A stretch of 64,000 nt of DNA from Octopus sinensis (lineage: Eukaryota), in NCBI RefSeq assembly GCF_006345805.1, contig NC_043005.1, forward strand, positions 72,850,001 through 72,914,000. Reading direction: 5' to 3'. Positions 26,225 through 39,317 of this stretch are shown here, one piece after another. The translations under genes were made by a program, and so were the position numbers. The notes under the pieces were generated by a model. The model was not told the origin of the DNA, ran no database searches, and saw nothing but the letters and a program-made list of their open reading frames with translations. Every line of letters begins with the position of its first letter. Position 1 is the first letter of the stretch.

Positions 26225-26535
26225 AATAGAATTCTGTAGAAAATTAAGGCACAAAGAAGCATTAACCAATTACAATACTGAAGATGACTCACTAGTCAAA
26301 AACAAAAGTGAAAACATCCCCCACAAAGGAAGAAATAAAATTCTTGATGAATTCTGTAACCACATCGAGAACTTTTCCTATCACACTATGCATAAACAGA
26401 CAATTAACTTAAACTTTAGCACTACACAATGGAAGGAACTAACAGAACTTAAAAATAATGAAGATATAACGAATAAGGAAGCAGATAAAGGGAGCAGATA
26501 AAAAAAGTGCAGTTATAATAATGGACACATTATAC
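26225..26535 (+). pseudogene. Penelope-like ORF N-terminal fragment
   Basis: FCRKLR..ELKNNEDITNKEADKGS/AVIIMD, the typical PLE pre-RT motif (K.ADKG.AVV.MD). Confidence 0.7.
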
Positions 26536-27708
26536 TAGAGGAATCTAGTTATCTCCATTCTGAATGAGTCTACTCAGCTTACAAAAATGAGTTGTACCTG
26601 TTAATCAAAGGGCCAGCTTTGTCACATTCTGTGTCATCTTAAACTCCCAGAGAACTGTGTGAAGGGGAGGTTACTGTGGAGAGCTCAGACACTTGCATGT
26701 TAATTTCAAGCTGTTTCGTTGATTGGATCAACAGGAACCCTTGCCATTGTAACCGACGAAGTGCCAATTTTTAAAGCGATATGGCTATATCCCTCAAATA
26801 ACCAGCTATATTAAATAGAGTAAGGGAGGATAATGGTGACTGTCTGAGACCAGGTCGTTAGAGTGGACACAGGAATTGTGGTAACTTTGGTTTCGCGTAT
26901 TTCAGTACCTTTAAATTTAGACACTGCTTTGGTAGTGTCGTTAAAGCGTAATTATTCTGACATCTTACGTTCTGAGTTCAGATCCTGTCGAAGGTGTTTG
27001 ACTGGCAGAAACCGTCGGAGAGAATAATTCGCGGCATTTGTTCTGGATTTTGCGTTCTGATTACAAAACTACCTGGGCTAACTTGGGTACTATACTTAAC
27101 ACGATGTCCTGTCCGCATCAGCACCATGTCCTCGAGGGCCTTCAGAGGAGTGCTGTCTGTTACAAGCATTTAGGTCAGATCTTTAGTTGAATGATAATTT
27201 CCTCCCATCTTCCCACCCGTATTGGAGCCACTGTAGAGGGTTATAAGTATTCTTCTCCCTCCTGAAAAAGAAGCAACAATTGAAGCCTCTTCTGGTTTGC
27301 AACTCCACTGATTTTTAAAGTTGTATCCTCGCATAGTACGTATTTAAAGATCTAACCAATGAGGAAGCTTCTAAGTGGTCATCTCACTTGCAAGTAGCTA
27401 GTATTCCTTCGTACGCCACCGGCTTGAAAAAGGATACAGTGAATAATATCGTCTTAGATGTACTATACCTGAATGAAGGACGAAATGTCAAAGGCTGAAA
27501 GGATTTTATTCATTAGTCTGCTTGTTCAGATGTAGGATAACAGCAACGACGATAATATATTTAAAGAGAAGTGGATTGAGTTAGTAAATGAAAATTTTAG
27601 CCCTACCCTAATTAGAGTGTCGGTTCGAGGAGAGAAAATGTAGCGCTCATAATCCCCTTTAGAGCCTTCGTGATTAGTGTGACGAAAGGAAGAGGTTATA
27701 CATAGGTA

Positions 27709-28155
27709 GTAGATTTGGCTACAAACAAACTGGGGTCTGATAACTGCAACCAAGAAATACGTGGTGGTGTGGAAAATTTATGAACTCTACCGCCCACAAA
27801 TAATAATGGTTCTTTCGATGAACTTCAGTATATTACGTTTGCTAAATTTGTAGTAGATTCGGCTACAAACAAACTAGACTCTGCTAAATGCAACCAAGAA
27901 ATATATGGTGGTGTGTTAAAAGTGGAAAATTTATGAACTCTACCGCCCACAAATAATAATGGTTCTTTCGATGAACTTCAGCATATTACGTCTACTAAAT
28001 TTGTAGTAGATTCGGCTACAAACAAACTGGGGTCTGATAAATGCAACCAAGAAATACGTGGTGGTGTGTTAAAACTGGAAAATTTATGAACTCTACCTCC
28101 TACAAATAATAATGGTTCTTTCGGTGAACTTCAGCATATTACGTCTACTAAATTT
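27709..28155 (+). repeat. tandem repeat, 3 units (144, 153 and ~150 bp)
   Basis: Units start at 27709, 27853 and 28006 (GTAGATTYGGCTACAAACAAAC). Confidence 0.95.
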
Positions 28156-28829
28156 CACTCAGAATATATTGCTCCTCCCGTATTCAGAAGACATTAAGAC
28201 ATGGGGAGTGAGCTGTAACTTGAAATCAAATAGTTAAGAAACTAACTTCTTTAACTCATAGCCTTGTTTACACCCGAACTTAGAACTGTTCAGTCAAAAA
28301 GACGTTACATTATTTATAGCACTTTTCTTTTTGGTTCAGTCCGAAAGGTGAATCTCATGAACTTGGTAATCTCAAACTGACAAGTTTGTTGTGTGTATCA
28401 CCGAAAACTTGCTTTGCTGATTATAAAATGTACAGTTTGCTTAAGGGAATTGCATACCTCGCTTGTTACGAAACCTTGTGCACCAAAACCAATTTAAATC
28501 TGACATATTGACATTCAGCTACAGTTTAATCATATATCTTCAGTACAGAGTTACTTTGCAAAGATGCTGATATTGCTAGGTAAAAAAAAAAATATAAGGA
28601 CAGAGCATATGCATTAGGCGAAACAGAATATCGGTATTTTGCAATTTCATAAATGAATTTAATGCATCTGGCAAAGCAAACGCACACCGAATGCAATTCA
28701 CAAAACAGCACACATTAGGTTTGACATAAAACTAATTTTAATATGTTCTTTTATGGTTTGTAGATAATGTCAAAGTAATGACAAAGACGAGCTATTCACT
28801 AGAAGTACGTGACCCCCAAAACAAAACAA

Positions 28830-29598
28830 AACTAAAGAAAGAAAGAAATAAAGAAACGAAGAAAGAAAGAAAGAGAGAGAGAGAGAGAAAGAAAGAAAGA
28901 AACGAAGGAAGGAAGAAAGAATGAGAGAAAGAAAGAAAGAAAGGAACGAAGAAAGAAAGACAGAAGAAAAAGAGGAGAAAGAAAAGAAAGAAACGAAGGA
29001 AGGAAGGAAGAAAAAATGAGAAAGAAAACGAAAGGAACGAAGAAAGAAGGAACGAAGAAGAAAGGAACAAGAAAGAAAGAGGAGAGAGAGAGAGAAACGA
29101 AGGAAGGAAGAAGAATGAGAGAAAGAAAGAAGGAACGAAGAAAGAAGGAACGAAGAAAGAAAGAACGAAGAAAGAAAGGAACGAGAAAGAAAGGAACGAA
29201 GAAAGAGGAACGAAGAGAAAGAGAGAGAGAGAGAGAGAAACGAAGGAAGGAAGAAAGAATGGAGAGAAAGAAAGAAAGGAACGAAGAAAGAAAGACAGAA
29301 AGAAAGAAAGAGAGAGAAAGAAAGAAAGAAACGAAGGAAGGAAGGAAGAAAGAATGAGAGAAAGAAAGAAAGGAACGAAGAAAGAAAGGAACGAAGAAAG
29401 AAAGAGAGAGAGAGAGAGAGAAACGAAGGAAGGAAGAAAGAATGAGAGAAAGAAAGAAAGGAACGAAGAAAGAAAGGAACGAAGAAAGAAAGGAACGAAG
29501 AAAGAAAGAGAGAGAGAGAGAGAGAAACGAAGGAAGGAAGGAAGAAAGAATGAGAGAAAGAAAGAAAGGAACGAAGAAAGAAAGGAACGAAGAAAGAA

Positions 29599-29629
<31 letters not shown>

Positions 29630-29715
29630 AGGAAGGAAGAATGAGAGAAAGAAAGAAAGGAACGAAGAAAGAAAAAGAGAGAGAGAAAGAAAGAAAGAAA
29701 GAAAGAAAGAAAAAC
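28830..29715. repeat. purine-rich compound satellite (GAAA/GAAG/GAAC/GA) with higher-order units
   Basis: Directly visible; the plus strand is almost entirely purine. Confidence 0.95.
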
Positions 29716-29954
29716 CAGAAATATATATTGATCTCAAAAACATTTATTAGTTTATGCACTGCTTTTCTACGTAAATATAGGGCGCAGGCATGACCATGCA
29801 GTTAAGAAACTCGGTTTTCAACCACGTAGTTTCGAGTTCAGTTCCACGGCTTGGTACCTTCAGCAAGTGTCTTCTACCACGGCACCGACCCGTTTTATAC
29901 CTTCTGAATGAATTGAACAAATGGAGATTGTGTGGAAGCCCGTCGTACGTATAC

Positions 29955-30265
<311 letters not shown>

Positions 30266-30371
30266 TGGATAGATATGCGCGTGTATCTTTATGCTTGTAT
30301 CCCATCACCACTTCATAACCAGTGTGAGGTTGTTTATGTCCCCATAACTTAATGATTTAGAAAAAGAAAAC

Positions 30372-30800
30372 AGGCGCAGGAGTGGCTGTGTGGTAAGTAG
30401 GTTGCTTACCAACCACATGGTTTCGAGTTCATTCCCACTGCGTGGAATCTTGGGCAGGTGTCTTCTACTATAGCCTCGGGCCGACCAAAGCCTTGTGAGT
30501 GGATTTGGTAGACGGAAACTGAAAGAAGCCTGTCGTATATATGTATATATATGTATGTGTATGTGTATGTTTGTGTGTCTGTGTTTGCCCCCCACCCCAG
30601 CATCGCTTGACAACCGATGCTGGTGTGTTTACGTCCCCGTAACTTAGCGGTTCGGCAAAAGAGATCCGATAGAATAAGTACTAGGCTTACAAAGAATAAG
30701 TCCCAGGGGTCGATTCGCTCGACGAAAGGCGGCGCTTCAGCATGGCCGCAATCAAATGACTGGAACAAGTAAAAGACTAAAAGAGTAAAAGAGATAAATA
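30372..30800 (+). mobile_element. SINE family A
   Basis: Full-length, starting GGCGCAGGAGTGGCTGTGTGGTAAG. Confidence 0.9.
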
Positions 30801-31230
30801 CCAAACTTAAAACAAAAAGCAAAACAAGAAAAACTAAGCACTGCCCTCGATTTGTTCGGCTAAACCCTTCATGGCGTTGCTCCAGCATAACTGAAGCTAA
30901 TAAATGATATGAAACCATATATTATAATCTAATGTACGGTGAGTAATTCAATGTTTGTCTATATTAAAAAAAATACAAACGTATTTATGCAGAAAACCCC
31001 AAATATATTAATATATTTGACTCACAAAGCATTAACTGTGTTAGCTTCCATTAGATATGTTAGCCCTCAAGAATTAATTATTTGTGCAGAAGTCACTCCA
31101 GGGAAACTACTCTATATCATTACTTTTAAATAACCTGATTAGTGAATGTCTTTTAATACACGCCCACATATATCTGAACAGAAGCACAGACACACATACA
31201 CGGACACATGCAGCGTGTGCGAATTTGTTC

Positions 31231-31275
<45 letters not shown>

Positions 31276-31293
31276 TATATATATACATATACA

Positions 31294-31315
<22 letters not shown>

Positions 31316-31326
<11 letters not shown>

Positions 31327-31497
31327 GAGGGCATTATACATACATGCCAGAGAGCATTATACATACATGCCACACGCTAAGAGGGACAATTAGTCATTTC
31401 TACCATTTGGTAGAAATGACTAATTGTCCTCTTAGGTGTGTGGCATGTATGTATAATGCTCTCTGGCATGTATGTATAATGCCCTCTATATATAAAT
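31316..31497. repeat. near-perfect 182-bp palindrome in (TA)n
   Basis: Arms of ~90 bp, 2-nt loop (CTACCA-TT-TGGTAG), each arm holding a 23-bp direct repeat. Confidence 0.95.
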
Positions 31498-31612
31498 TAA
31501 TATGTTCAATAAGAAATAATTATTTTCGAAATTTATTCTCTTATGAGGTTTTCACGCTATCTACCTGACAATTTCTTGTTAAGTTTTCCTAATAAGTAGT
31601 TGTCCTTAATTG

Positions 31613-31654
<42 letters not shown>

Positions 31655-32107
31655 ATATATATATATATATTACGCACATATGAAAACATACACATACATT
31701 TAGGCTAATACATACATGTATGCATGTATATAAATGCATGTAGAGTGACTGATGAGATTTTATACGATTCATGAAATCTTTTGATTTCTGTAATTTAAAT
31801 TTTGTTTTTATACACTTTGAACATTATCTTTGGTTTGTTGTCAATAGCTTTTGATACACATATATACATTTATATGCACATGCATAAACCAACACATATG
31901 TATGTATATGTATATATCTATATGCACCTATATGTGTATATATATATATATATATATACAAAGAGCAATAAAGATTCAAGTTAATTTAAAAAATTTACTT
32001 GAATATGGTACCTAACTTAGATGCACCAAAAAAAACTATACTGATTTAACAATACAGTAATGTGGGGTGATTATAAGCGAGAAAGAAGCAACAAGAATGG
32101 ATAGGTT

Positions 32108-32197
32108 TTTTAGTACGATCGTTTCATACAAGGACAGGTTTTATTAAAAGTTGCAAAGATTACAGCATATAAACGAGTCCGTACTCATCAGCTAAAA
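32108..32197 (-). ncRNA. type I hammerhead ribozyme in the 3' pLTR
   Basis: TTTTAG-CTGATGA-GTACGGAC...GTCCTTGTAT-GAAA-CGATCG-TA-CTAAAA. Confidence 0.8.
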
Positions 32198-35100
32198 TAC
32201 ATGTAAGTTCTCTAGACATCCTAGTGTTTGAGGCTATACTCATGAAGTAATGTAGATAATTAAACAGATTTCTAAAGTTCATTAAAGTTCTTTAAAGATG
32301 ATGCATAGTCTTATCACAGAATTTTAAAAAAGTTTTGGTAGCATCACAGAGAAGGTGACCTAATCCATATGAATTTCCATAGATATGATGAGGGATTATA
32401 TACTCACAGAAGACAAATTTATCCATTGTTATTAGCATTACAGAGAGGGTGAATTAATCCTTTGTATATATGCACAGATTCCAATGGTGTAGATGTAAAT
32501 TTCCAGAGAAATGGAGATGAATTTCATATTCACAGGCGATAAATTTTACAATGGTTGAACACAATGAGGTAGGTACCAATCCTTGTTATATGATTAGGTG
32601 TTTGCCATATTAATCACATTACTGCTATTCACAAGAGGCTGCAGCTATTTAACTCTTAAAGGTTGAAGGGCTTACTAGATCGGCCAAGAATAGAGAAGGG
32701 AATAGAAGAAAAGAGAGAAAATAATGGAGGAGGGAGCAAAAAAGGGGGGGGGAAAGGGGGACTAAAAGAGAAGAGAAAAGGGAACAGAGAATAAGAAGAA
32801 GAAAAAGAAGAAAGAAAAGAAAAGAGAAAGGAATAGGGAAAGAAGGAAAAAAAGAAAGAAAAAGAAAAAGAAAAAAGAGGGTCTAGTTATACAGAAGAGC
32901 TAGTAGACTGTAAGTCTGGTTTTAATCAACAGGCATCTGGGGACTGGAGGGGAAATTATTATTCTTTGACCAGTAAACGTTAATTTATTGCTGTTGAAAT
33001 CAGCTATGAGTTAAAGAGAATCTAAAGAGATAACACAGTCAGGGGTTAAGGGGTCAGATGCTAAAATCACCAGAAAATACATTAGGAAAATCTAAGTATA
33101 ATCTTATCAAAAAGTCATTAAAAATTTACTATTTAATTTATTCATTTTATTGTCTTAAGGAGTTGTCGTTATTATTCATACATGACCGACTACAGGTCAA
33201 ATCTTATAAGATCATTTACAAGGTGTTAGGGGATTGTCTATCCTAATGAAGATAATCATATTATCACCGAGGGAATAGCCTTATTTATTTAATTATGAAA
33301 TAGAATTATGGGGCTACAGTAACTAATTATAATTTATTAGAGTTATGCTATTTAAATTAGATTAAGTTAGGAATTAAAATTAAATATTACAATTAAGATT
33401 TAAAATTAAGAATTTAAAAATTGTGAGTTTGAATTAAATAAAGCCTCAATTAAGTAGCGAATAAGTACTATTCATTTCTCTGTTCTCAAAAAACTGATGA
33501 TGCAGATATAAGGAAAAAGATAAAGATAACTGTAATGTGAGAACTCTTAGTTATCTACTTAAAGCAGTGCTATACTAGTAGAAATCAAGTTATATCTATC
33601 TATCTAGCTATGAATATTCCAATCATTTAAAATATTTTAAAGTCTTCAATTTAGCGTGGACACAAACTTGACCTAGTTCGATATGGTTATTCAATAAGTT
33701 TCTATGTTTACTATGCTTTAGAATTTCGTACGTCTCCATGGAGCATAGTTGACAACCAACCCTACTATTTTTATACGGAATTGCTCTCCTAACTATTTCC
33801 CAATTAAGGTATAATTTTTGTTATTATTTTTGAGTTCCCAGATTTTGTTTGAAAGTGTGGTGGTACCAGCTTTATGACGTAATTTAAAAGTCGAGATGTG
33901 ATTTCTAACTCTGGCTAAAAAATTAATTGTACAGCCAATGTAAAAATATTTGTTATTCTCCGTGGATATGGTACATTTATAGATTACATTATTTTCCCTA
34001 CATAGACCAGGTGCCGGGCATTTTGATTTTATTCTACACTTACACACAGGAGGAACAACTTCAGGCCTGGATTATTCCTGGGTAGATGTTTAAGGTTTCT
34101 ATTATTTTGATTATCATTTCTATAGTTGGTACTGATATCTAAAGTATTGTTATTATTTATTGATCCTTCCGTTTCATCATTTAGGCGTAAAGTCCTACCA
34201 AGATTTCTTATATTATTCGTAATGTTATTATTATTGTTAGTCTTTTTATCCAACTGTATATTATTGTTATAGATATCACTGATATTTTTCTCTCCTTATT
34301 TTCTCCATTAGCCTTATTTCTATTATTTCTATTATTAACAATATTACTTCTATTAATATCGGCATTGTATTATTACTATTAATGTTAATGTTATTAGTCA
34401 TTCTGTGGTTACTAATTCACCTATGTTTTGATAGTTCCTATTGCTGTTTTTATTGTTGGTAGTATTATTGTTATTGCTATTGGTATTCATTCTGATTATT
34501 ATATTTTTATTCTATCTTTCCTGGCTAGTTTAATGTTGTTATTATTAATTTTAGCTATTAAAGTGGACATATTTGGGAGGGTTGAATAAGAAATCCTAAC
34601 TGTTTTCCTAGAAATAATTCTATGATATCTATGAGAGATAGGGAAATTTTTTTCCAGAATTACTTTGAATTTGTTCTGTATATCCGATTGTATCGCACAG
34701 TTGAAAGGAATATTCAGCCATAATATATCTTTTTATAAAATTAGGGTTCGTAGAATTACTACTATTCATCTCACCGGAGTTATTGTATTTATTACCATTA
34801 TTTTTATTTTTATTTGTGTGCATCTTAGGTTTATCTACTTCAATCTTATCCGAGTTACCTATGTTCTGGTCAATGCTTCTATTTGAATTGTTGGGCCTGT
34901 ACTCTAGATTAGCGTTTACCGTTAATTTAATTCTACTTTTATTTCGGCTTGGTCTTTTTTGCTGCTTACTTGATTACTGATAACTTCATTATTAGGAATA
35001 CGTGAGTTCTCCCTATCAACGAATGTAATCTTTTGGTTGTATCCAGCCTTAGTTAACGCCGCATTATAATACTCAGAATGGGAGTTAAATATATCCTTAT

Positions 35101-36653
35101 TGGATGATAATTTTGAAATTCTTAATGAAATATTTCTTACTAAAGATTCTATTATATTTGGGGGATGATTTGATAATTTATTTACGTAATTCGTGACTTC
35201 GCCTTCCTTTCTAAATGGGTAATGTAGCTTGGAGTTAAGGTCTAGGGTAATATCTAGGAAATTAGCTATTTTAGTGCCCGGTTCATACGTTATACTGAGG
35301 TTGAAATCCTTAAAGAACTTATTAATTTTCTTTCTAATCCTTTCTATAACATTTATTATTACTAGGGATAACAAACAGAGCATCATCTCTATATAGACCC
35401 CCCCTGTATTCTGGGATATCCTTGCTTATGCATTTTAATAGATATGCGCCTACTAGGTTGGTTACCTCAGCCGAATCACTGGAACCCATTGGTATATCAA
35501 AAAATTTGGTGTATCTGCTCTAGTCCATAATTTATCTTCAAATTCAATAAAGTCTTCCTAGCTAGTAGCACAATATTGATTTCTTCTCTAGTTATGAGGG
35601 AGCGATTCATGGCAAATATTAGTGATTTGTTGAGTAAGATAGGGGAAATGCTAGAGTAATAACTATTAATATCGAACTGAATAAAGGACAGACTACTAGT
35701 ATTAGTTAGAGAGTTAAACCATTTTAGAACTTCGTCGGTACTTAGCCATAGGTTTAAGGGGAGAAGAGGGGTTATTTGGGGTAGAGACAATATCCAGGAT
35801 AGATTTACTAAGTCGGCCAATGTCCGACTTAGTTGGACAGATCAGCCTTACTGAAGGGTTATCCAAGAAGTCCTTTTTGTGGTCTTTAAGGTTGATCCTG
35901 GGCTCACAGGGTTAAGTGGCTCCGTTCTATCTGTTAAATTTAGTTTCCCATGATCTCTTTCATTTCCATGTTTACTTTTTTCAAATTGTTCTTAGTTGTA
36001 ATTTTATATTTGGAGTTTAGTTCTTTCCTAATTAAGTTGCTATAAATATCGTAATCAACTCTATACATATTACCCGTTTTATCTGCTGGTACTAGGATTC
36101 CATGTTTGCACCGGGTTGACTGAATAAAGTTCCTAAGGTGTCTAAGGTGAGGGTTATATCTTAACGGGGTTTCATTGAAGCTAATATCATCTAAAGATTC
36201 AGCAAGTCTTTCTCTCAAGTTCTCCAGGAATGGGTTCTGAGGTGGGCTTTTTCTACTTTTAAAAATTCTTCTAAAATTCTTTTCGGTATCATTTCCTGAG
36301 GTTTCTTCTTCTGTTTGACATCAAAATGGTACGTTTTCCACCTGATTCTTCTAATGAAATCGTTAATCCTATGAATGAGAAGCCAATTATATTCATCTAT
36401 ACTATGTAAGGGGATGTCTTTAGGGAGAGGAGAACTTATGTTTACTTTTTCCATTCTTGTTGAGAATTAAGTACCAGAAAAACATACAGCTGTATGGGAA
36501 TATATTCAAAGAGCAATAAAGATTCAAGTTAATTTAAAAAATTTACTTGAATATGGTACCTAACTTAGATGCACCAAAAAAAACTATACTGATTTAACAA
36601 TACAGTAATGTGGGGTGATTATAAGCGAGAAAGAAGCAACAAGAATGGATAGG

Positions 36654-36743
36654 TTTTAGTACGATCGTTCATACAAGGACAGGTTTTATTAAAAGTTGCA
36701 AAGATTACAGCATATAAACGAGTCCCGTACTCATCAGCTAAAA
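36654..36743 (-). ncRNA. type I hammerhead ribozyme in the 5' pLTR (one A missing from GAAA)
   Basis: Same fold; reads GAAC instead of GAAAC, either a homopolymer indel error or inactivation. Confidence 0.65.
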
Positions 36744-37241
36744 TACATGTAAGTTCTCTAGACATCCTAGTGTTTGAGGCTATACTCATGAAGTAATGTA
36801 GATAATTAAACAGATTTCTAAAGTTCATTAAAGTTCTTTAAAGATGATGCATAGTCTTATCACAGAATTTTAAAAAAGTTTTGGTAGCATCACAGAGAAG
36901 GTGACCTAATCCTATGAATTTCCATAGATATGATGAGGGATTATATACTCACAGAAGACAAATTTATCCATTGTTATTAGCATTACAGAGAGGGTGAATT
37001 AATCCTTTGTGTATATGCACAGATTCCAATGGTGGTGTAGATGTAAATTTCCAGAGAAATGGAGATGAATTTCATATTCACAGGCGATAAATTTTACAAT
37101 GGTTGAACACATTGAGGTAGGTACAATCCTTGTTATATGATTAGGTGTTTGCCATATTAATCACATACTGCTATTCACAAGAGGCTGCAGCTATTTAACT
37201 CTTAAAGGTTGAAGGGCTTACTAGATCGGCCAAGAATAGAG

Positions 37242-37341
37242 NNNNNNNNNNNNNNNNNNNNNNNNNNNNNNNNNNNNNNNNNNNNNNNNNNNNNNNNNNN
37301 NNNNNNNNNNNNNNNNNNNNNNNNNNNNNNNNNNNNNNNNN
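37242..37341. other. assembly gap (100 N)
   Basis: Run of N. Confidence 1.
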
Positions 37342-37884
37342 AGAGAAAAAAGAGACAGATTAAGAGTCGTATCAAGCTAGAGAAAAAAATATACTTATCG
37401 TATAAGGACAATTGTGGATACGTAGCCGCCGATTATATAGGTAAACAGTAAAATTAATTACAGACATGGACAAGAACATGAAACACCACAGAGACGACAC
37501 AAGAACCACAGGACGGGACATTCGAAGCCCTCAGTCATCAGTCAAGAACCAGATCATCTTAGCAATTTCGGCTGATTAATCTTATATATATATATACACA
37601 CATATGAAAACATACACATACATTTAGGCTAATACATACATGTATGCATGTATATAAATGCATGTAGAGTGACTGATGAGATTTTATACGATTCATGAAA
37701 TCTTTTGATTTCTGTAATTTAAATTTTGTTTTTATACACTTTGAATATTATCTTTGTTTGTTGTCAATAGCTTTTGATACACATATATATTTATATGCAC
37801 ATGCATAACCAACACCATATGTATGTATATGTATATATCTATATGCACCTATATGTGTATATATAGACATAGATTATATGTATG

Positions 37885-37927
<43 letters not shown>

Positions 37928-37929
37928 CA

Positions 37930-39128
37930 TCCCCTTGCGAACGACACACCGGTTCTCACGCCATTTCCGCTCCACCGGTCACTCCTTGCAACACCTATCT
38001 GTGTTCGGTTTGTCCTTACACAGAGGCCATCCGATTCCCTTTTGCGCCGTGAACAGGAATTAATCTTCTCTTCTTCTGCTCTTATACGCATTTGGTCTCA
38101 ACTCTACCCCCCTCCTCATCTAACCTCAAACCCCCCTCCTCACCTATCCTTTCTCCCCCGACCCCTACTTCTTCAGTCCTTCATTTCCTTTCATCACCCC
38201 TACTCCCCTTCCCTTCTTCCCTCTTTTCTCCCTCCCTCTTCCCCTTCCCTCTGCTCCCTCACTCCCTCTCTCCTCCCTTCTCTCTCCCCCTCTCCCTCTT
38301 TCCTCCTTCATCCCCCTCATCCCCTTCCTTCTCCCCCATCCTCTCCTCTCCCCCCTTCTCTTCTCCCTCCCCCTCTTCTTCCCCCCCCCTCCTCTTCGCC
38401 CCCCCCTCTTCTCCCCTCCCCCTCTTCTTCTCACTACACCACATGACTTTACACATCACATCACATATGATGTGCCATACTAATACACACACCAACTAAT
38501 ACTACTAATACGTACTAATACATACTAGTACATACTAATACTACTTACACCAACCCTATACATACACACGACGTCCAGACCCCGCATACGCACTTATACT
38601 CTCACACACACACACACACCTATACATACCAATACGTACTAATACATACTAATACATACTATACATACACCAACCCCATACATACGCACGTCCAGACCAA
38701 TCTTACGCACTAACTCTCTCATACCCACACACACACACACACACACCCTTATACATACTAATACATACACCAACCCTATACATACACACATCCAGACCCC
38801 TCCCACGCACTTTTAGCTGGTCCTTCAACACTTTTATCACCCTATTATCTCCCCTTATTTCGCTCTCGCGTCTCATGTTTGATCTTTGACCTCTGGCCGA
38901 AATCAGATCGCTATGTTGATTCGTTAGCTACTGCACGCATTTTTTTTCTCCTTCTTCTTCTGTGTTTTTCTCTCTCTGTGTATCTTTCTGTTGAAGAGCG
39001 TAGGCTCGAAACGTTAAAGACTTGTTTTTTTTATATTTCCTGAGGGAGCGCCATACTATACAATTGTTCGTTTGTTTTTTCTCCACCTGCCTTCGTCTTT
39101 TGTTTATTTTCATAAAGCTTCCCGTTAT
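37930..39128 (+). mobile_element. second-family PLE 3' fragment: GIY-YIG C-terminus, CT-rich and tandem-repeat UTR, HHR-bearing tail
   Basis: SRHFRSTGHSLQHLSVFGL..H / DSLLRREQELIF..GLN; HHR-like motif at 38983-39020; ends in (TA)n. Confidence 0.75.
38495..38812 (+). repeat. about 3 degenerate ~120-bp tandem units (CACCAACCCTATACATAC..CCAGACC)
   Basis: Motif recurs at ~38548, ~38668 and ~38769. Confidence 0.75.
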
Positions 39129-39272
39129 ATATATATATATAATATATGCATACATATATGTGTATACATATATATATGAGTATACATGTATATATATATG
39201 TATGTCTTTATATGTATAAGCATTATATATGTGTGTATATCTCTCTCTACCTCTCTCCTTCTCTCTCCTCTC

Positions 39273-39317
<45 letters not shown>

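Larger units (their letters stand above)
31959..37241 (-). mobile_element. near full-length Penelope-like retroelement with direct pLTRs (31959-32697 and 36507-37241, the latter running into the gap)
   Basis: Frameshifted ORF ~36454 to 33793: N-terminal DFIRRIRWK and ILVPADKTG, RT FIQFDINSYYSSIS and NFLDITL, GIY-YIG YIGCT..RVRNH..LSNKIWELK; at least 735 bp of near-identical direct repeat. Confidence 0.92.

Noticed and set aside
28770-29759. 329-aa F/S/L-rich and K/E/R-rich ORFs
   Set aside because: Purine satellite that lacks stops by composition
31746-31785. CTGATGA...GAAA hammerhead candidate (duplicated at ~37670)
   Set aside because: GAAA is consumed in the only possible stem, and there is no stem I
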